Source: Marinicella sp. (GTDB lineage Bacteria > Pseudomonadota > Gammaproteobacteria > Xanthomonadales > Marinicellaceae). From it: a stretch of 64,000 nucleotides of DNA. The notes under the pieces were generated by a model, which had not been told where the DNA came from, made no database searches, and worked only from the letters and a program-made list of their open reading frames with translations. The DNA lies in NCBI GenBank assembly GCA_965230295.1, contig OZ246001.1:3776001-3840000 (forward strand), in the 5' to 3' direction. This document shows, in pieces, positions 39,401 through 50,081 of the stretch. Every line of letters starts with the position of its first letter. The stretch's first letter is position 1. A program made the translations under genes and the position numbers.

Positions 39401-41038
39401 ATGTTTATGAAAATAAGAAAAAAAGCAAGTTTTGCTTTATTATCAACAGTATTGGGGCATAATTTAGCGTTCGCCACATTACCTCGTCAATTAGATTTAT
39501 CTGATTTGAATGGTCAAAATGTCTTGGTTTTTAATGGTGAAAATGCTAATGATCGCTTGGGTCGATCTGTAAGTTTTGCAGGTGATGTCAATGGAGATGA
39601 AATCGATGATTTAATTATTGGTGCCTATAATGCAGATTCAGGTAGTGAATCACGTGCAGGTAAAAGTTATGTAGTCTTTGGTACTGAGGATAACTTGCCT
39701 AGCTCATTTGATCTGTCTACACTCGATGGTGAGAATGGCTTTGTTATCAATGGCGAAAATAGCCGTGATCTATCGGGTTATTCTGTCAGTTCAGCCGGAG
39801 ACTTTAATAATGATGGTGTTGATGATTTAGTTATTGGAGCATTTGGTGCCAGTATCGATACTAATTTAAGTGTTGTTTCAGATGTCGGTAAAAGTTATGT
39901 GATTTTTGGTAGTAAATTAGGTTTTCCTAGTTTACTTGAATTGTCCACTCTCAATGGTGTAAATGGTTTTATTATCATTGGTGAAACTGAAGAAGATTAT
40001 TCGGGGGTTTCAATCAGTTCAGCAGGTGATGTCAATGGAGATGAAATTGATGATTTAATTATTGGGGCGTATGGTGCAGGATCTGATGCCGGTAAAAGTT
40101 ATGTGATTTTCGGCAGTGAGGAAGAATTAACCAGCCCGTTAAATTTATCAAATCTCGATGGTGAGAATGGTTTTGTAATCAATGGCGAGAATGCAGGCGA
40201 TTCTTCTGGCCTTTCTGTCAATTCAGCTGGCGATGTAAATCATGATGGGATTGATGACATAATTATTGGGGCTTTCGGCGCAGATCCGGGCGGAGAGTCA
40301 AGTGCTGGTAAAAGTTATGTAATCTTTGGCAGTGACGATGAGAACGGCTTGCCTAATCCTTTTAACTTATCCTCCCTCAATGGTGAAAATGGTTTTGCAA
40401 TACATGGTCAATATGATGGTGATTTATCGGGCGAATCAGTCAGTTCAGCAGGTGATGTCAATGGTGATGGAATTGATGACTTGGTTATTGGTGCATTCGG
40501 CGCAGATCCAGGTGAAGTGTTAGGTGCTGGAAAAAGTTATGTGATCTTTGGTAGCCCGGATAATATACCCCATCCGTTTGACCTATTTGATATCAATGGA
40601 CAGAATGGTTTTGTTATTAATGGTGAAAATGCATTTGATGCATCTGGTCATTCAGTGAGTTCAGCCGGCGATATCAATAATGATGGGATCGATGATTTGA
40701 TTATTGGGGCTCTGGGTGCTGATCTGGGTACTGACTTAGATGTTGGCAAAATTTATGTGGTCTTTGGCAGTGATGAGACTTTTCTCAACCCGTTTAACTT
40801 GTCTGACATCAACTTCAAATGTGAAAATACTTTTCTTCAAAATGCTTTTCTCATTAAAGGCGAAAATACAGGTGATAATGCTGGCACCTCCGTCAGTTCA
40901 GCCGGTGATTTTAATCATGATGGGATTGGTGATTTGATCATTGGAGCCGAAGGGGTTAATTCAAGAACTGGCAAAAGCTATGTTGTCTTTGGCCGCGAGA
41001 GCGAAATCATTTCTGCAAATGGCTTTGATTGTATGTAA
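39401..41038 (+). CDS. Secreted FG-GAP 7-repeat protein, EIISANGFDCM tail
   Basis: Signal peptide AFA-T, seven repeats. Confidence 0.92.
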   Translation: MFMKIRKKASFALLSTVLGHNLAFATLPRQLDLSDLNGQNVLVFNGENANDRLGRSVSFAGDVNGDEIDDLIIGAYNADSGSESRAGKSYVVFGTEDNLPSSFDLSTLDGENGFVINGENSRDLSGYSVSSAGDFNNDGVDDLVIGAFGASIDTNLSVVSDVGKSYVIFGSKLGFPSLLELSTLNGVNGFIIIGETEEDYSGVSISSAGDVNGDEIDDLIIGAYGAGSDAGKSYVIFGSEEELTSPLNLSNLDGENGFVINGENAGDSSGLSVNSAGDVNHDGIDDIIIGAFGADPGGESSAGKSYVIFGSDDENGLPNPFNLSSLNGENGFAIHGQYDGDLSGESVSSAGDVNGDGIDDLVIGAFGADPGEVLGAGKSYVIFGSPDNIPHPFDLFDINGQNGFVINGENAFDASGHSVSSAGDINNDGIDDLIIGALGADLGTDLDVGKIYVVFGSDETFLNPFNLSDINFKCENTFLQNAFLIKGENTGDNAGTSVSSAGDFNHDGIGDLIIGAEGVNSRTGKSYVVFGRESEIISANGFDCM

Positions 41039-41154
41039 GTGATAATCCTTGATTACAAAAATTCAACTATGAGGAAATTTCAACAGGTCATTTTGTGATC
41101 TCAAAATTGCTGGTGTTGGATGATTTGTTGTTTGTATATAAAAGGTTTAGGGTT

Positions 41155-41371
41155 GAACTAAAAAAAATTATTTCTGGTTATCGTTATGACATTGTTTAAT
41201 CCGCAAATAGTTCTCGTGCATTTTTCCAGTAAATTTAACTTGCCTGATTTGAATGTTCAAAATAGCCCTTTCCTCACTAGAGAAAATACAGGTGATACTT
41301 TGAATTATTCAGCTAACTTATTAGCTGACGATTTCAGTGGTGAACAACAGTCAGTTTCAGAAACCAGGTAA
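41155..41371 (+). pseudogene. Decayed 5' end of an FG-GAP paralogue
   Basis: NPQIVLVHFSSKFNLPDLNVQN...ENTGDTLNYSA resembles paralogue N-termini (NQIVLAQF..E.DL.DLNGQN...GENTGD..G.SV). Confidence 0.65.
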
Positions 41372-41505
41372 TTATGAATTCAATCTCGATTTCACAAACA
41401 TCATGACACTTACACTTATCAAAACAGGGTTATTTATCAATTATGCTATATAACAAATGGTTATGATCAAACTAACAATAGCTAAATTTAAACAGAGAAA
41501 TGTCG

Positions 41506-41712
41506 ATGAATATTAAAATATTTATAACTTTGATTTTGATGTTATTCGCATGCTACACGTATGCAGAGCGGGAAACGACAGTTATTCCACCAAATTTTCA
41601 CCTATGAATGAAGCATTGATTTCTGTCATTGATATTCCCGAGTTCGCTTCAGTTGAATATTAAGTTCCTGTATGTCTGATTGTTCATGGTTCTGGGGGTG
41701 TTTTCTTCCAAT
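41506..41712 (+). pseudogene. Decayed 5' copy of the 45154 alpha/beta hydrolase gene
   Basis: DNA aligns with 45154-45360 (tatgcaga, gtcattgatattcc, gttcatggttctgg) but contains in-frame stops/frameshift. Confidence 0.8.
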
Positions 41713-42034
41713 GAAGTTAAGGATAAAAGTGTGAGGCAATATTGAAATGGATTAAATGGCTATATGAAACCGGTGGCCTACTAAACAGAGTTTATATGAA
41801 TTTGTTGGACAACATTGGCTATTGTTAATAACAGCATGAGCCAAATGGAGTTAACAGCTTCCAATCACGATAAGTTCCATTGCTCTGGTTCACCATTTAT
41901 AAAAGTAATTAAATTTAACTTTTTGGCTTTCTATCGAAGATGCAAATTTTGTCAGATGGAATGGTCGTACCAATACAAGGTATAGTGATTAAACACACTA
42001 AACCTTTTAAAAACAACACATGAGGTCTTATAAC

Positions 42035-42694
42035 ATGACAAAACGAATTTTGATTAGTGGAACAAGAAACGCGTCCAGTTGGGCTTTTCGAGCTTGGTTG
42101 GCCCTGAAAGAACAGAACATTCCATTCGAAGAGCGCATCATTGACATACGGCGTCCGCAAAGGTGGAGCAATCTCAAAGACATAAAAAAAATTTCTCCTG
42201 CCGGTTGTGTTCCAATTTTAAAAGATCAGGGCGCTGTCATCTTTGATTCATTAGCAATTATGGAATATGCCAATGACATCGGTGAATATGATTTGTTACC
42301 AAATGATGTAAAAGAAAAGGCCCGCGCACGAAGTTATATGGCTTGGCAACATTCCTCTTTTGGGAAAGTTTGTCCTTGCCTTTCATTTGAAAGTGCTTTT
42401 TACCCTGAAAAGAAAAATTTATCCGAAGCAGAAAAACAACAAATTAATTGGATATATGGAGTATGGGAAAAGTCCATAATTTCATCTGGTGGCTCCTATT
42501 TAGTAGGAAATTACTCTTTGGCTGACATCATGTCTGTCCCTTCTTTAATAAGACTTTCATCTCATTTACGCCCATCAAAAATGTTTCCTTCCGTTCAAAA
42601 TTGGATGTCTGAATTATTGGGAAGAAAATATGTAATTGAGTGGATGAAAGAAGCCAATGAATTAGATCCAATTTATTTGCCAGGATATTTGTGA
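42035..42694 (+). CDS. Glutathione S-transferase family protein
   Basis: SSWAFRAWLAL, SPAGCVPIL, DSLAIMEY, YSLADIM motifs; GAGGT RBS favours ATG 42035 over 42020. Confidence 0.9.
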   Translation: MTKRILISGTRNASSWAFRAWLALKEQNIPFEERIIDIRRPQRWSNLKDIKKISPAGCVPILKDQGAVIFDSLAIMEYANDIGEYDLLPNDVKEKARARSYMAWQHSSFGKVCPCLSFESAFYPEKKNLSEAEKQQINWIYGVWEKSIISSGGSYLVGNYSLADIMSVPSLIRLSSHLRPSKMFPSVQNWMSELLGRKYVIEWMKEANELDPIYLPGYL

Positions 42695-43084
42695 GTAATG
42701 TCGCATAAACACACAACTAGTTTAGTCTGATCAATGTTACTGTGGTAATAAGCACATTAAATTCTCATGTTTGTCTAATTGCAACATTTCTCATGCATGG
42801 CTTTTAGGATTTTTTATAAACTTTCCAAGCTGTTCATGCGTATGTAAATGCCACAGAATTAATCTAAGTTAACTATACAGGACAGTTAAATCTCTGTTCA
42901 AAAGAACTGCAATTCTAAGAATATTTGCAAGCATGTTGGGAACAAATATTAACATATTTACTGATTTACTGATTTAATTTTTTCTCATGGCTTTAGAGGT
43001 TGTTTAAAACCAAACTGTCATTGTCAATAAATAGTTTATCAAAAAAATAATAAATTTACACCCTTTGAATCTTGGAATGATCGA

Positions 43085-43495
43085 ATGCGAAAGCGTATAA
43101 TCATGAAAGATATCTTAATTGATGCTAGGCCCGAAAAGGTATTTGATGCTATTACAACTTCTGAAAAAGCCATAATTTTTTCCGGCTAAAGAAATAGTTT
43201 CAGATTGGAAAGTTTGATGAGTTATTTAGTTTAAAGGGTATGCAAATGGTCGCCCTTTTACTAATTATGGGGTAATAACTGAATTCACAAGACCTCGTCA
43301 ACTTACTTACCAATATAGGAACAATAGTCAGAATCCTTGAGAACCACATTCATATCAGCTACTGTTTAACACGAGCTGATAATCAAACTAAACTGCAAGA
43401 AGTTCAAAGAAATATTAGTTCACAAGATCTATTTAAGGCAATAGATAGTCTCGTTTGAGTCAATATTTTTCATGATCTTAATAAATATAGAGAGC
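43085..43495 (+). pseudogene. Frameshifted copy of the 22017 SRPBCC gene
   Basis: MRKRIIMKDILIDARPEKVFDAITT... aligns with 22017-22451 along its length, with frameshifts and stops. Confidence 0.85.
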
Positions 43496-43499
43496 AAAT

Positions 43500-43820
43500 C
43501 CTGGAGATTTTTCAGGTAGTTCAGTCAGCTCACGGCCGAAGATGTTAATGTTGACGGAGTTGATGATTTCATTATTGGGGCATATGGTACAGTTTAAAAT
43601 ACAGGTAAAAGTTATGTGATATTTGGCAGTTCTGGGAATTATCACAATCCGTTTAACCTATCCAGAATTGATGGTGAGAAGGCTGGTGGTCGTTCGGATG
43701 TTTCAGTCAGACAGTTCGCCGGCCATGTCATTGGTGCTGGCTTTGCTGGTTAGATTATTGGAGCTTATAAAGCAAACACGGATAATCATCTCAATTCCGA
43801 CAAAAGTTGTGTATGTGACC
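43500..43820 (+). pseudogene. Decayed FG-GAP blades
   Basis: gttcagtcagctca, gatgttaatgttgacggagttgatgat, ggtaaaagttatgtgatatttggcag and attattggagcttataaagca match paralogue DNA but are broken. Confidence 0.75.
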
Positions 43821-44708
43821 AGTCATACAAGTTTTTCACCATCTTATGTGGGGACTAAGGTTTTTGTAGAGTTTATTATCTGCAGACCTTTGCTTATATA
43901 CTTACACAAAGACCGTCCATTGCAAGTTGAATACCACTAAGATTCCGATCACAGCATAGCAAGATCGCCACATGCCACCTGCGAGTCATTTCGCAAGGTG
44001 GATCTCAAATTGCATAAAAGTCTGTTGAGAGGCTACAAAACGGCATTGGGTGAATGGGGTTTATTGCTGCAATAACCACACGCGAATCAGGGTGAGATCT
44101 GTTGCATAAGAATCCCTATGGAGACTTTCACAAATGGCTTTCTTTCCCTTTGCGAAAATTGGTGGTTTCGATTGCTGCGGACACATCCTTGCCCTAGCCT
44201 AAGTCCGGCAGACCAGGCTTGTCAGATCGAGATGAGAGCACATCACCACATGCCCAAAAACCTCAAATCATAACCTCCTAATTACTCATTAAATTCATTG
44301 TAACATTATTGATTTTTTGCATCAAATTTAGAACAGTGAAGCCTAAATTGTACTCTGTATTTTGGGCATGTGCTGTTAATGAATTAAGTATCCACCAGGC
44401 ACTCCAGGTAACCGCGCCTTTGGATGGAAAAATTGTTTCTCTCTCTAACACACGCTCAAACAATTTTTCATTTCAGGGACTTCTTGTTATCGTTCATGAA
44501 AACTTTTCGGCCGATTGCAAACAGCACTTTGCCTCCTTGGGCTTAGCCACATTAGCCACGCTCATCATCATGTACATGTATTTTACCATCGATGCCCACG
44601 CAGAGTATTTCTAATCCAATGGTTACTCGCAAAACAGCAAACAAGCCGACCAACATGGCATCAATGTGATTTGATTTAAAGATATAATAATTAATGTCTA
44701 CAGCATTC

Positions 44709-44773
44709 CGCAACATCATTGATAGTGATTGCAACAAAAACCATATTCATGCTTGCATGTTGAGAGTTAATCT
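44709..44773 (+). promoter_or_regulatory. TGCAAC box with -10 element
   Basis: cgcaac 44709 and tgcaac 44730; TAATCT at 44768. Confidence 0.6.
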
Positions 44774-44823
44774 ACACAAGTGTCTAACTTGAGGCATGGC
44801 TATGGAAATTAAGAGTAATAAAT

Positions 44824-45084
44824 GTGGCATTATCATCGATACTGTTGAGCAATGATATGTCCATTGCACAATTCACCAAAGAACTCGATTTATCTGATTT
44901 AAATGGTCAAAATTGCTTGATCATTAATGGTGAAAACGCAGGCGATTATTCGGGCTATTCAGTCAGCTCAGAGGGTGATGTCAACGGCGATGGAGTTGGT
45001 GATTTGATCATCGAGGCATACGATGTTGGATTATATGCAAGTAAAAGCTATGTGACTTTTGAATGTAGGTTTGATTGTGATTAG
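44824..45084 (+). pseudogene. Single-blade FG-GAP minigene/remnant ending FECRFDCD
   Basis: AQFTKELDLSDLNGQN...one GDVNGDGVGD repeat fused directly to an FDC tail. Confidence 0.7.
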
Positions 45085-45153
45085 GTGATTGAGAGTTGGT
45101 TGTTTAATTGTTTTTTTTAACGACCATAAAAAATAATAGAGGTAGACTTAAAT

Positions 45154-46269
45154 ATGAAAATTAGACTTTATAAGCCCTTGATTTTGATTTTATTTTCTTA
45201 CTGTACATATGCAGAACGAATTACAACGCTCATTCCACAAAAATTGCACCCATTGGATGAAACATTAATCGCTGTCATTGATATTCCTGAATTTGCCACC
45301 ACCGAACAGACAGTTCCTGCCTGTTTGATCGTTCATGGTTCTGGCGGATTATTTTCTGCGGGTGAGGTGGGTGAAGATTGCGATACAAGTGTAGATAATA
45401 TAGATAGTCGCTATGAAGATCTTATGGATCTTCTGGCCGGTGTTCATGTGGCCACGTTAGCCCCCTCCAGTTTTGTTTCAAGAGACCCCAGATTTTGCGA
45501 AGACAATGATGAAGATTATTTTCAGTTTGTGGCCCCTCCATTTCACCATCCGAATGACGGGGTTCCCCCCCAGCGAGATAATTATTATGAAATGCGAAGA
45601 ATAGTGATCAGAACATTAGATATGTTTGCCGGATACAGTTTCTTGTGCTCTTTAGAAAATATTGATTGTTCCAACACATGTATGGTCGGAACATCTAATG
45701 GTGCAAGCACCATCTTCAGTTACATAGGGAATGATATTGGGCGGCACATCAAAGAGTATACTGACATAACTCAACAGAGAGAACATGAAACTCAATCTAA
45801 TTTTGAAGATAGGATAACCGCTTTTCAGAATTTTCCTAATTTGCCAGAAAACATTGATGATTGGCTTAATCATAAAATTGAACCAAAATTTGCGAACGCC
45901 ATTTCTCCTGGGTGTTTTCTACGGAAATTGATTCCAACCATCACTGCCGGTGACAGTGATTTTGATGCAAAAAAACATATGACAGATCTTTATTACCCAT
46001 CCGGTCAAACCAATTTATACCTCGAAATTGGCACTGAGGACGGTATACCGGACAATTGTTACGATGGAGGAATCAGACAAATTCAAGCAAGTGACTATGA
46101 ATTTCTTAACTCAATTCCATTGGAAGATTCCAAGTACATCATCTCCACGTATGAAAATGCTCCGCATAATTTATTGAGAGAAGAAAAGGCAGGGCAATTG
46201 ATCCGTGACAAGATTAAAAAATCAGCCATTGACTATTTCTATTTAATTTTTCGTAATACATTCGAATGA
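45154..46269 (+). CDS. Secreted alpha/beta-hydrolase (dienelactone-hydrolase-like), YLIFRNTFE tail
   Basis: Signal peptide, VHGSGG oxyanion motif, GTSNG nucleophile elbow, GTED acid and APHN His. Confidence 0.8.
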   Translation: MKIRLYKPLILILFSYCTYAERITTLIPQKLHPLDETLIAVIDIPEFATTEQTVPACLIVHGSGGLFSAGEVGEDCDTSVDNIDSRYEDLMDLLAGVHVATLAPSSFVSRDPRFCEDNDEDYFQFVAPPFHHPNDGVPPQRDNYYEMRRIVIRTLDMFAGYSFLCSLENIDCSNTCMVGTSNGASTIFSYIGNDIGRHIKEYTDITQQREHETQSNFEDRITAFQNFPNLPENIDDWLNHKIEPKFANAISPGCFLRKLIPTITAGDSDFDAKKHMTDLYYPSGQTNLYLEIGTEDGIPDNCYDGGIRQIQASDYEFLNSIPLEDSKYIISTYENAPHNLLREEKAGQLIRDKIKKSAIDYFYLIFRNTFE

Positions 46270-46532
46270 TTTTCATGGTCATGGTTATTTCAACCTTGTT
46301 TTTAAAAATAGGACAGGTAATCTTGTTTATTAAAAATAAATAATTAACTTCAACTTCTTGCGTTCCAAGGGCTTCAGAACACCGGCAATCCCTAGAGGGA
46401 TGTCTGATCATAAAAACCATAACTTAAGTAATAAAAATTTTCAGTACTGAACTGCACAACATTTTGGGAGTTACCTGGTCAATCATCATAAAGACATCCT
46501 AACATATAAAAAATTTAAATAAGCAGGTCATT

Positions 46533-46596
46533 TGCAACAAAGCTTATATTCAACACAACAAAATTAATAACCTCTCCGGAACGTCCTAAATAAAAT
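46533..46596 (+). promoter_or_regulatory. TGCAAC box with -10 element
   Basis: tgcaac 46533 and cacaac 46554; TAAAAT at 46591; spacer nearly identical to 16531/17537. Confidence 0.65.
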
Positions 46597-46678
46597 TTAC
46601 TTGCGAGCAATTTATTTTTTTGCTTTTTCAAGAATTTAAATTAGTCTTTCAGTAACAAAACAAAATTAGGGGTAAAAT

Positions 46679-48268
46679 ATGAAAACGATTAAAATTGGCA
46701 TATGGATTGTTTATGCCTTGTTGATTCAAGGAACAAAAGCTTTTGCTGGATTTGGTGCGGAGTTTAACCTAGCTGATGTAAATGGAAATAATGGTCTGAC
46801 AATTCACGGAGAGCACGCCGATGATCGTTCTGGTGTTTCGGTTAACAGTGCAGGTGATGTTAATGGAGACGGAATTTCTGACATCATCATCGGTGCTCCA
46901 AACGCAGGTCGCAGCTATGTGGTATTTGGCAGTGATCATGGATTTTCTGACCCATTTTCTCACCCTTTGTATTTGGCAAGTTTGAATGGGACAAACGGCT
47001 TCATTATCAATGCCGCAGAAAACAATGATGGTTCGGGCCAGTCTGTTGCCTCCGCTGGCGATTTTAATAAAGATGGCATTACAGATTTACTCATAGGGGC
47101 ACCAAGGGCATTATCAAGTAACGCCGGAGCCGCTTATGTCATATTTGGCAATAGAGAAGAAGATTTCGCAAACCCATTCGAATTGTCTGATGTGGATGCT
47201 GATAACGGATTGGTTATCCATGGTCATGATTTCGCTGAGCAATTGGGGTTTTCTGTTAGTTCAGCTGGTGATATCAATGGTGATGATATAGATGACATCA
47301 TCATTGGCGCACACAGAGGCACTAGTAATGGCTTTGTCGATAATGGTACAATTTATGTGGTATTTGGCAATGAAGCAGGACTTTCAAGCCCATTTAATGT
47401 GAGTTCTATTGATGGAATCAATGGCTTCAAAATCAATGGCCTTCAAGAACATTCTGCACGGTCCGGGGCTTCTGTTGACAAAGCTGGTGATGTCAATGGT
47501 GACGGTATTTCAGATCTTCTGATTGGCGTGCCTGACGCCACATCTAATGGCATGGAAGACTCAGGCATGGCATTTATAATTTTTGGAACAATCAATGGAT
47601 TTCCCAACCCCATTAACCTTTCAAGTGTAGATGGAGTGAATGGTATTCAAATCAATGCTGAACACCCTAGAGGCCTACTAGGTCGGTCTGTCAGTTCACT
47701 TGGTGATGTTAATGGTGATGGCACAGACGACATCATCCTTGGAGCACCAACACCTGCAACTGATAGTACCGGTGAAGGGGTTGCGTATGTCATCTTTGGT
47801 AGTGATGATCAATTGGCACATCCATTTAATGTATCAACCATCAATGGGTTGAATGGATTCAAAATCACAAGCAACACACTCCATTCCAAACTTGCTAGTT
47901 CAGTAAGTGGAGCTGGCGATATCAATGGTGATGGATTAACAGATATCATAATAGGTGAACCTGAATCTCACCCAGATGGCGTTTTTGAGGCAGGAAGAGG
48001 TCATGTGATATTTGGTAGGAATCAGCGCTTCTCTAATCCTTATAACATTGATAATGTTAATGGTACAACAGGGTATGTCATTAATGGCATAAATGAACTT
48101 GACTTATCAGGAGTCTCTATCAATGAAGCGGGAGATTTTAACCACGATGGCTATGGTGATATCGTTATTGGAGCAAGTGGTGCTGATCCATTTGCTGCTC
48201 CTGACGCTGGCAGCAGTTATGTGATATTTGGGAAAGAACAACCCATTTTTGCTGATGGGTTTGATTGA
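46679..48268 (+). CDS. Secreted FG-GAP 7-repeat protein, QPIFADGFD tail (closest paralogue of 17676)
   Basis: Signal peptide AFA-G, seven repeats collinear with 17676-19256. Confidence 0.92.
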   Translation: MKTIKIGIWIVYALLIQGTKAFAGFGAEFNLADVNGNNGLTIHGEHADDRSGVSVNSAGDVNGDGISDIIIGAPNAGRSYVVFGSDHGFSDPFSHPLYLASLNGTNGFIINAAENNDGSGQSVASAGDFNKDGITDLLIGAPRALSSNAGAAYVIFGNREEDFANPFELSDVDADNGLVIHGHDFAEQLGFSVSSAGDINGDDIDDIIIGAHRGTSNGFVDNGTIYVVFGNEAGLSSPFNVSSIDGINGFKINGLQEHSARSGASVDKAGDVNGDGISDLLIGVPDATSNGMEDSGMAFIIFGTINGFPNPINLSSVDGVNGIQINAEHPRGLLGRSVSSLGDVNGDGTDDIILGAPTPATDSTGEGVAYVIFGSDDQLAHPFNVSTINGLNGFKITSNTLHSKLASSVSGAGDINGDGLTDIIIGEPESHPDGVFEAGRGHVIFGRNQRFSNPYNIDNVNGTTGYVINGINELDLSGVSINEAGDFNHDGYGDIVIGASGADPFAAPDAGSSYVIFGKEQPIFADGFD

Positions 48269-48293
48269 CCATTAAATATTAAACAGCCAGTTT

Positions 48294-48360
48294 GTGCTCT
48301 GAAAACTTAACTTTTCCCCTTTCGAAGCTGGTTAATAGGTAATAGGTAGGAGCACTTTTT
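48294..48360 (+). terminator. Large-loop 3' hairpin (family member, partly decayed)
   Basis: gtgctct...ttttcccctttc...ggagcac followed by a T-tract. Confidence 0.5.
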
Positions 48361-48788
48361 ATAATTCCAAGCAAAAGAACAATCATAGCAAATCAGCATG
48401 AATGTTTCTGAATATTTAATCATCAATATCAATAGAAATACACATAAAGCTCATAATTTGAATGATGGGATGGTTGCAAGACCAAGGTGCGAGAGCTTTT
48501 TTGAATTCAAAAGAGGGGGGAGAAACTTAAAAGAAGAAATAAATATAGCAGGTACTGTTTCTGGGTAGGTTACAAGTTTTTAAATGAGTTCTGACATTTC
48601 CGATATTAGTCGTACCTGAGTCTGGCACATTGTTTAGAAAAGTAAGGGTTATCGGTTTTATTAAAGATGCATTTTATTGATTTAAACAGTAGAGATAACC
48701 CTTATTAACAAATCATAATCCAAAAAAATCAAACTGTAGCAAACTCAGCCTTGTCTGGCTCCTTTCTAAGCATTAAGGACAATACAAT

Positions 48789-50009
48789 CTAAAGATTGTC
48801 TTCATACATCTCTGCAATGTCTCCAATAGAGTAGGTTCCAAATGGTGAGCTTGCATCAGCAGCGCTGGTTTTTCCAGTCACATAGGATACAGAGATCAAT
48901 CCATTTTCCTCCTCGCTTGTCGTAGCAACATAATAATCAATCTGGTAATAAACAACTTGGCCCAACACATTAGTTACATTGATCCACGGGCTTGCCAAAT
49001 GAATTTTTTTCACATCATACCCTTCCTTCTCCAGATATACTTTCATTTGCTCTTCTAAGTGTTTGGGGTTAGAAACTTTATTCCCTCCAGTATATCTGGG
49101 AGGAAATCTATACTCTGTTCTGGCTTGCAAAATTTCTTCTTCTCTTTTGTTTTTTATGTCATCAACTTCATCCAACAGCTTTTCGACTTTTTCTTTAGTT
49201 CTCATATCTAGTTCTAAACGAATTAATTGATTAAGCATACTTTTTGTATCATTAATAAGGTCAGCCAGGTTTTTACCTTTTTGATATTTTGTTATCAGCA
49301 TATTTGTCTTTACACTTCCAATTACACTGTTAATAAAATTCACCTTTAATTCCATACTTTCTTCCATAGCAAACTTCATTTCTGTTACTTTCGGTGAGGT
49401 CGCATTATGTACATAACCTATATCCAACTCAGAAGAAAGTTTCAGTCTTTGCAAAGGCTCCCAAAGACCACTTCCGGATATTTCTTCTTTAGCTGCTTTC
49501 AAGGCTTCTTGATAATAAAAGCTAAAATCATTGCTGTATTTTTCATCAAACTCCGGAATTACTTTTTCTGCTAACAATTTACCTGTACCTTCAAAATCAT
49601 TAATGGCATCTACACCATTCATTACTTGACTGATGATTTCAGCTCCTGACCCACTGAAGCTTAATCTTTCAATCACATCGTCATATTTATTGAATATCTC
49701 CATAAACTGTTCTTCGTATGCATTATAAATAGCGACATCCTGGCGAATTTTATCCAAAGCAAGTACCATTGGTAGCTTCTCCTTATCAACAGAAAGAATG
49801 GGCAAATCCACTTCAAGGTTAGAAACAGATATCTGGTATGGAGAAAGTACTTTTGCTGCTGAATTCTGACTATCCTTGTGATTGACTTCCGGAGGTATTG
49901 AATCGGATCCGCACCCAGTTAAAATAAGTGTGAAAATGATTAAATTAAATGAATTAAACTGTTTTTTTGTTGATAATATTTTTGAAAGCATAAGTTTCCT
50001 TCCTGACAA
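48789..50009 (-). CDS. Hypothetical lipoprotein (helical, acidic)
   Basis: LIIFTLILTGC lipobox after a basic N-terminus; 406 aa. Confidence 0.75.
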   Translation of the reverse strand: MSGRKLMLSKILSTKKQFNSFNLIIFTLILTGCGSDSIPPEVNHKDSQNSAAKVLSPYQISVSNLEVDLPILSVDKEKLPMVLALDKIRQDVAIYNAYEEQFMEIFNKYDDVIERLSFSGSGAEIISQVMNGVDAINDFEGTGKLLAEKVIPEFDEKYSNDFSFYYQEALKAAKEEISGSGLWEPLQRLKLSSELDIGYVHNATSPKVTEMKFAMEESMELKVNFINSVIGSVKTNMLITKYQKGKNLADLINDTKSMLNQLIRLELDMRTKEKVEKLLDEVDDIKNKREEEILQARTEYRFPPRYTGGNKVSNPKHLEEQMKVYLEKEGYDVKKIHLASPWINVTNVLGQVVYYQIDYYVATTSEEENGLISVSYVTGKTSAADASSPFGTYSIGDIAEMYEDNL

Positions 50010-50081
50010 TGTAAAAGTAATAATTATTAGTCTGGAAATTTGAGATTGTTTAATTCTAGACTTTTAATATTAAGTGATCGA

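Noticed and set aside
27983-41038. Diversity-generating retroelement behind the FG-GAP variation
   Set aside because: No reverse transcriptase, no TR/VR pair, and differences are not adenine-specific
43623-44737. ORFs 43623-43940, 44278-44463, 44309-44614 and 44552-44737 as real genes
   Set aside because: They overlap decayed FG-GAP or possible IS debris and lack an RBS or coherent protein features
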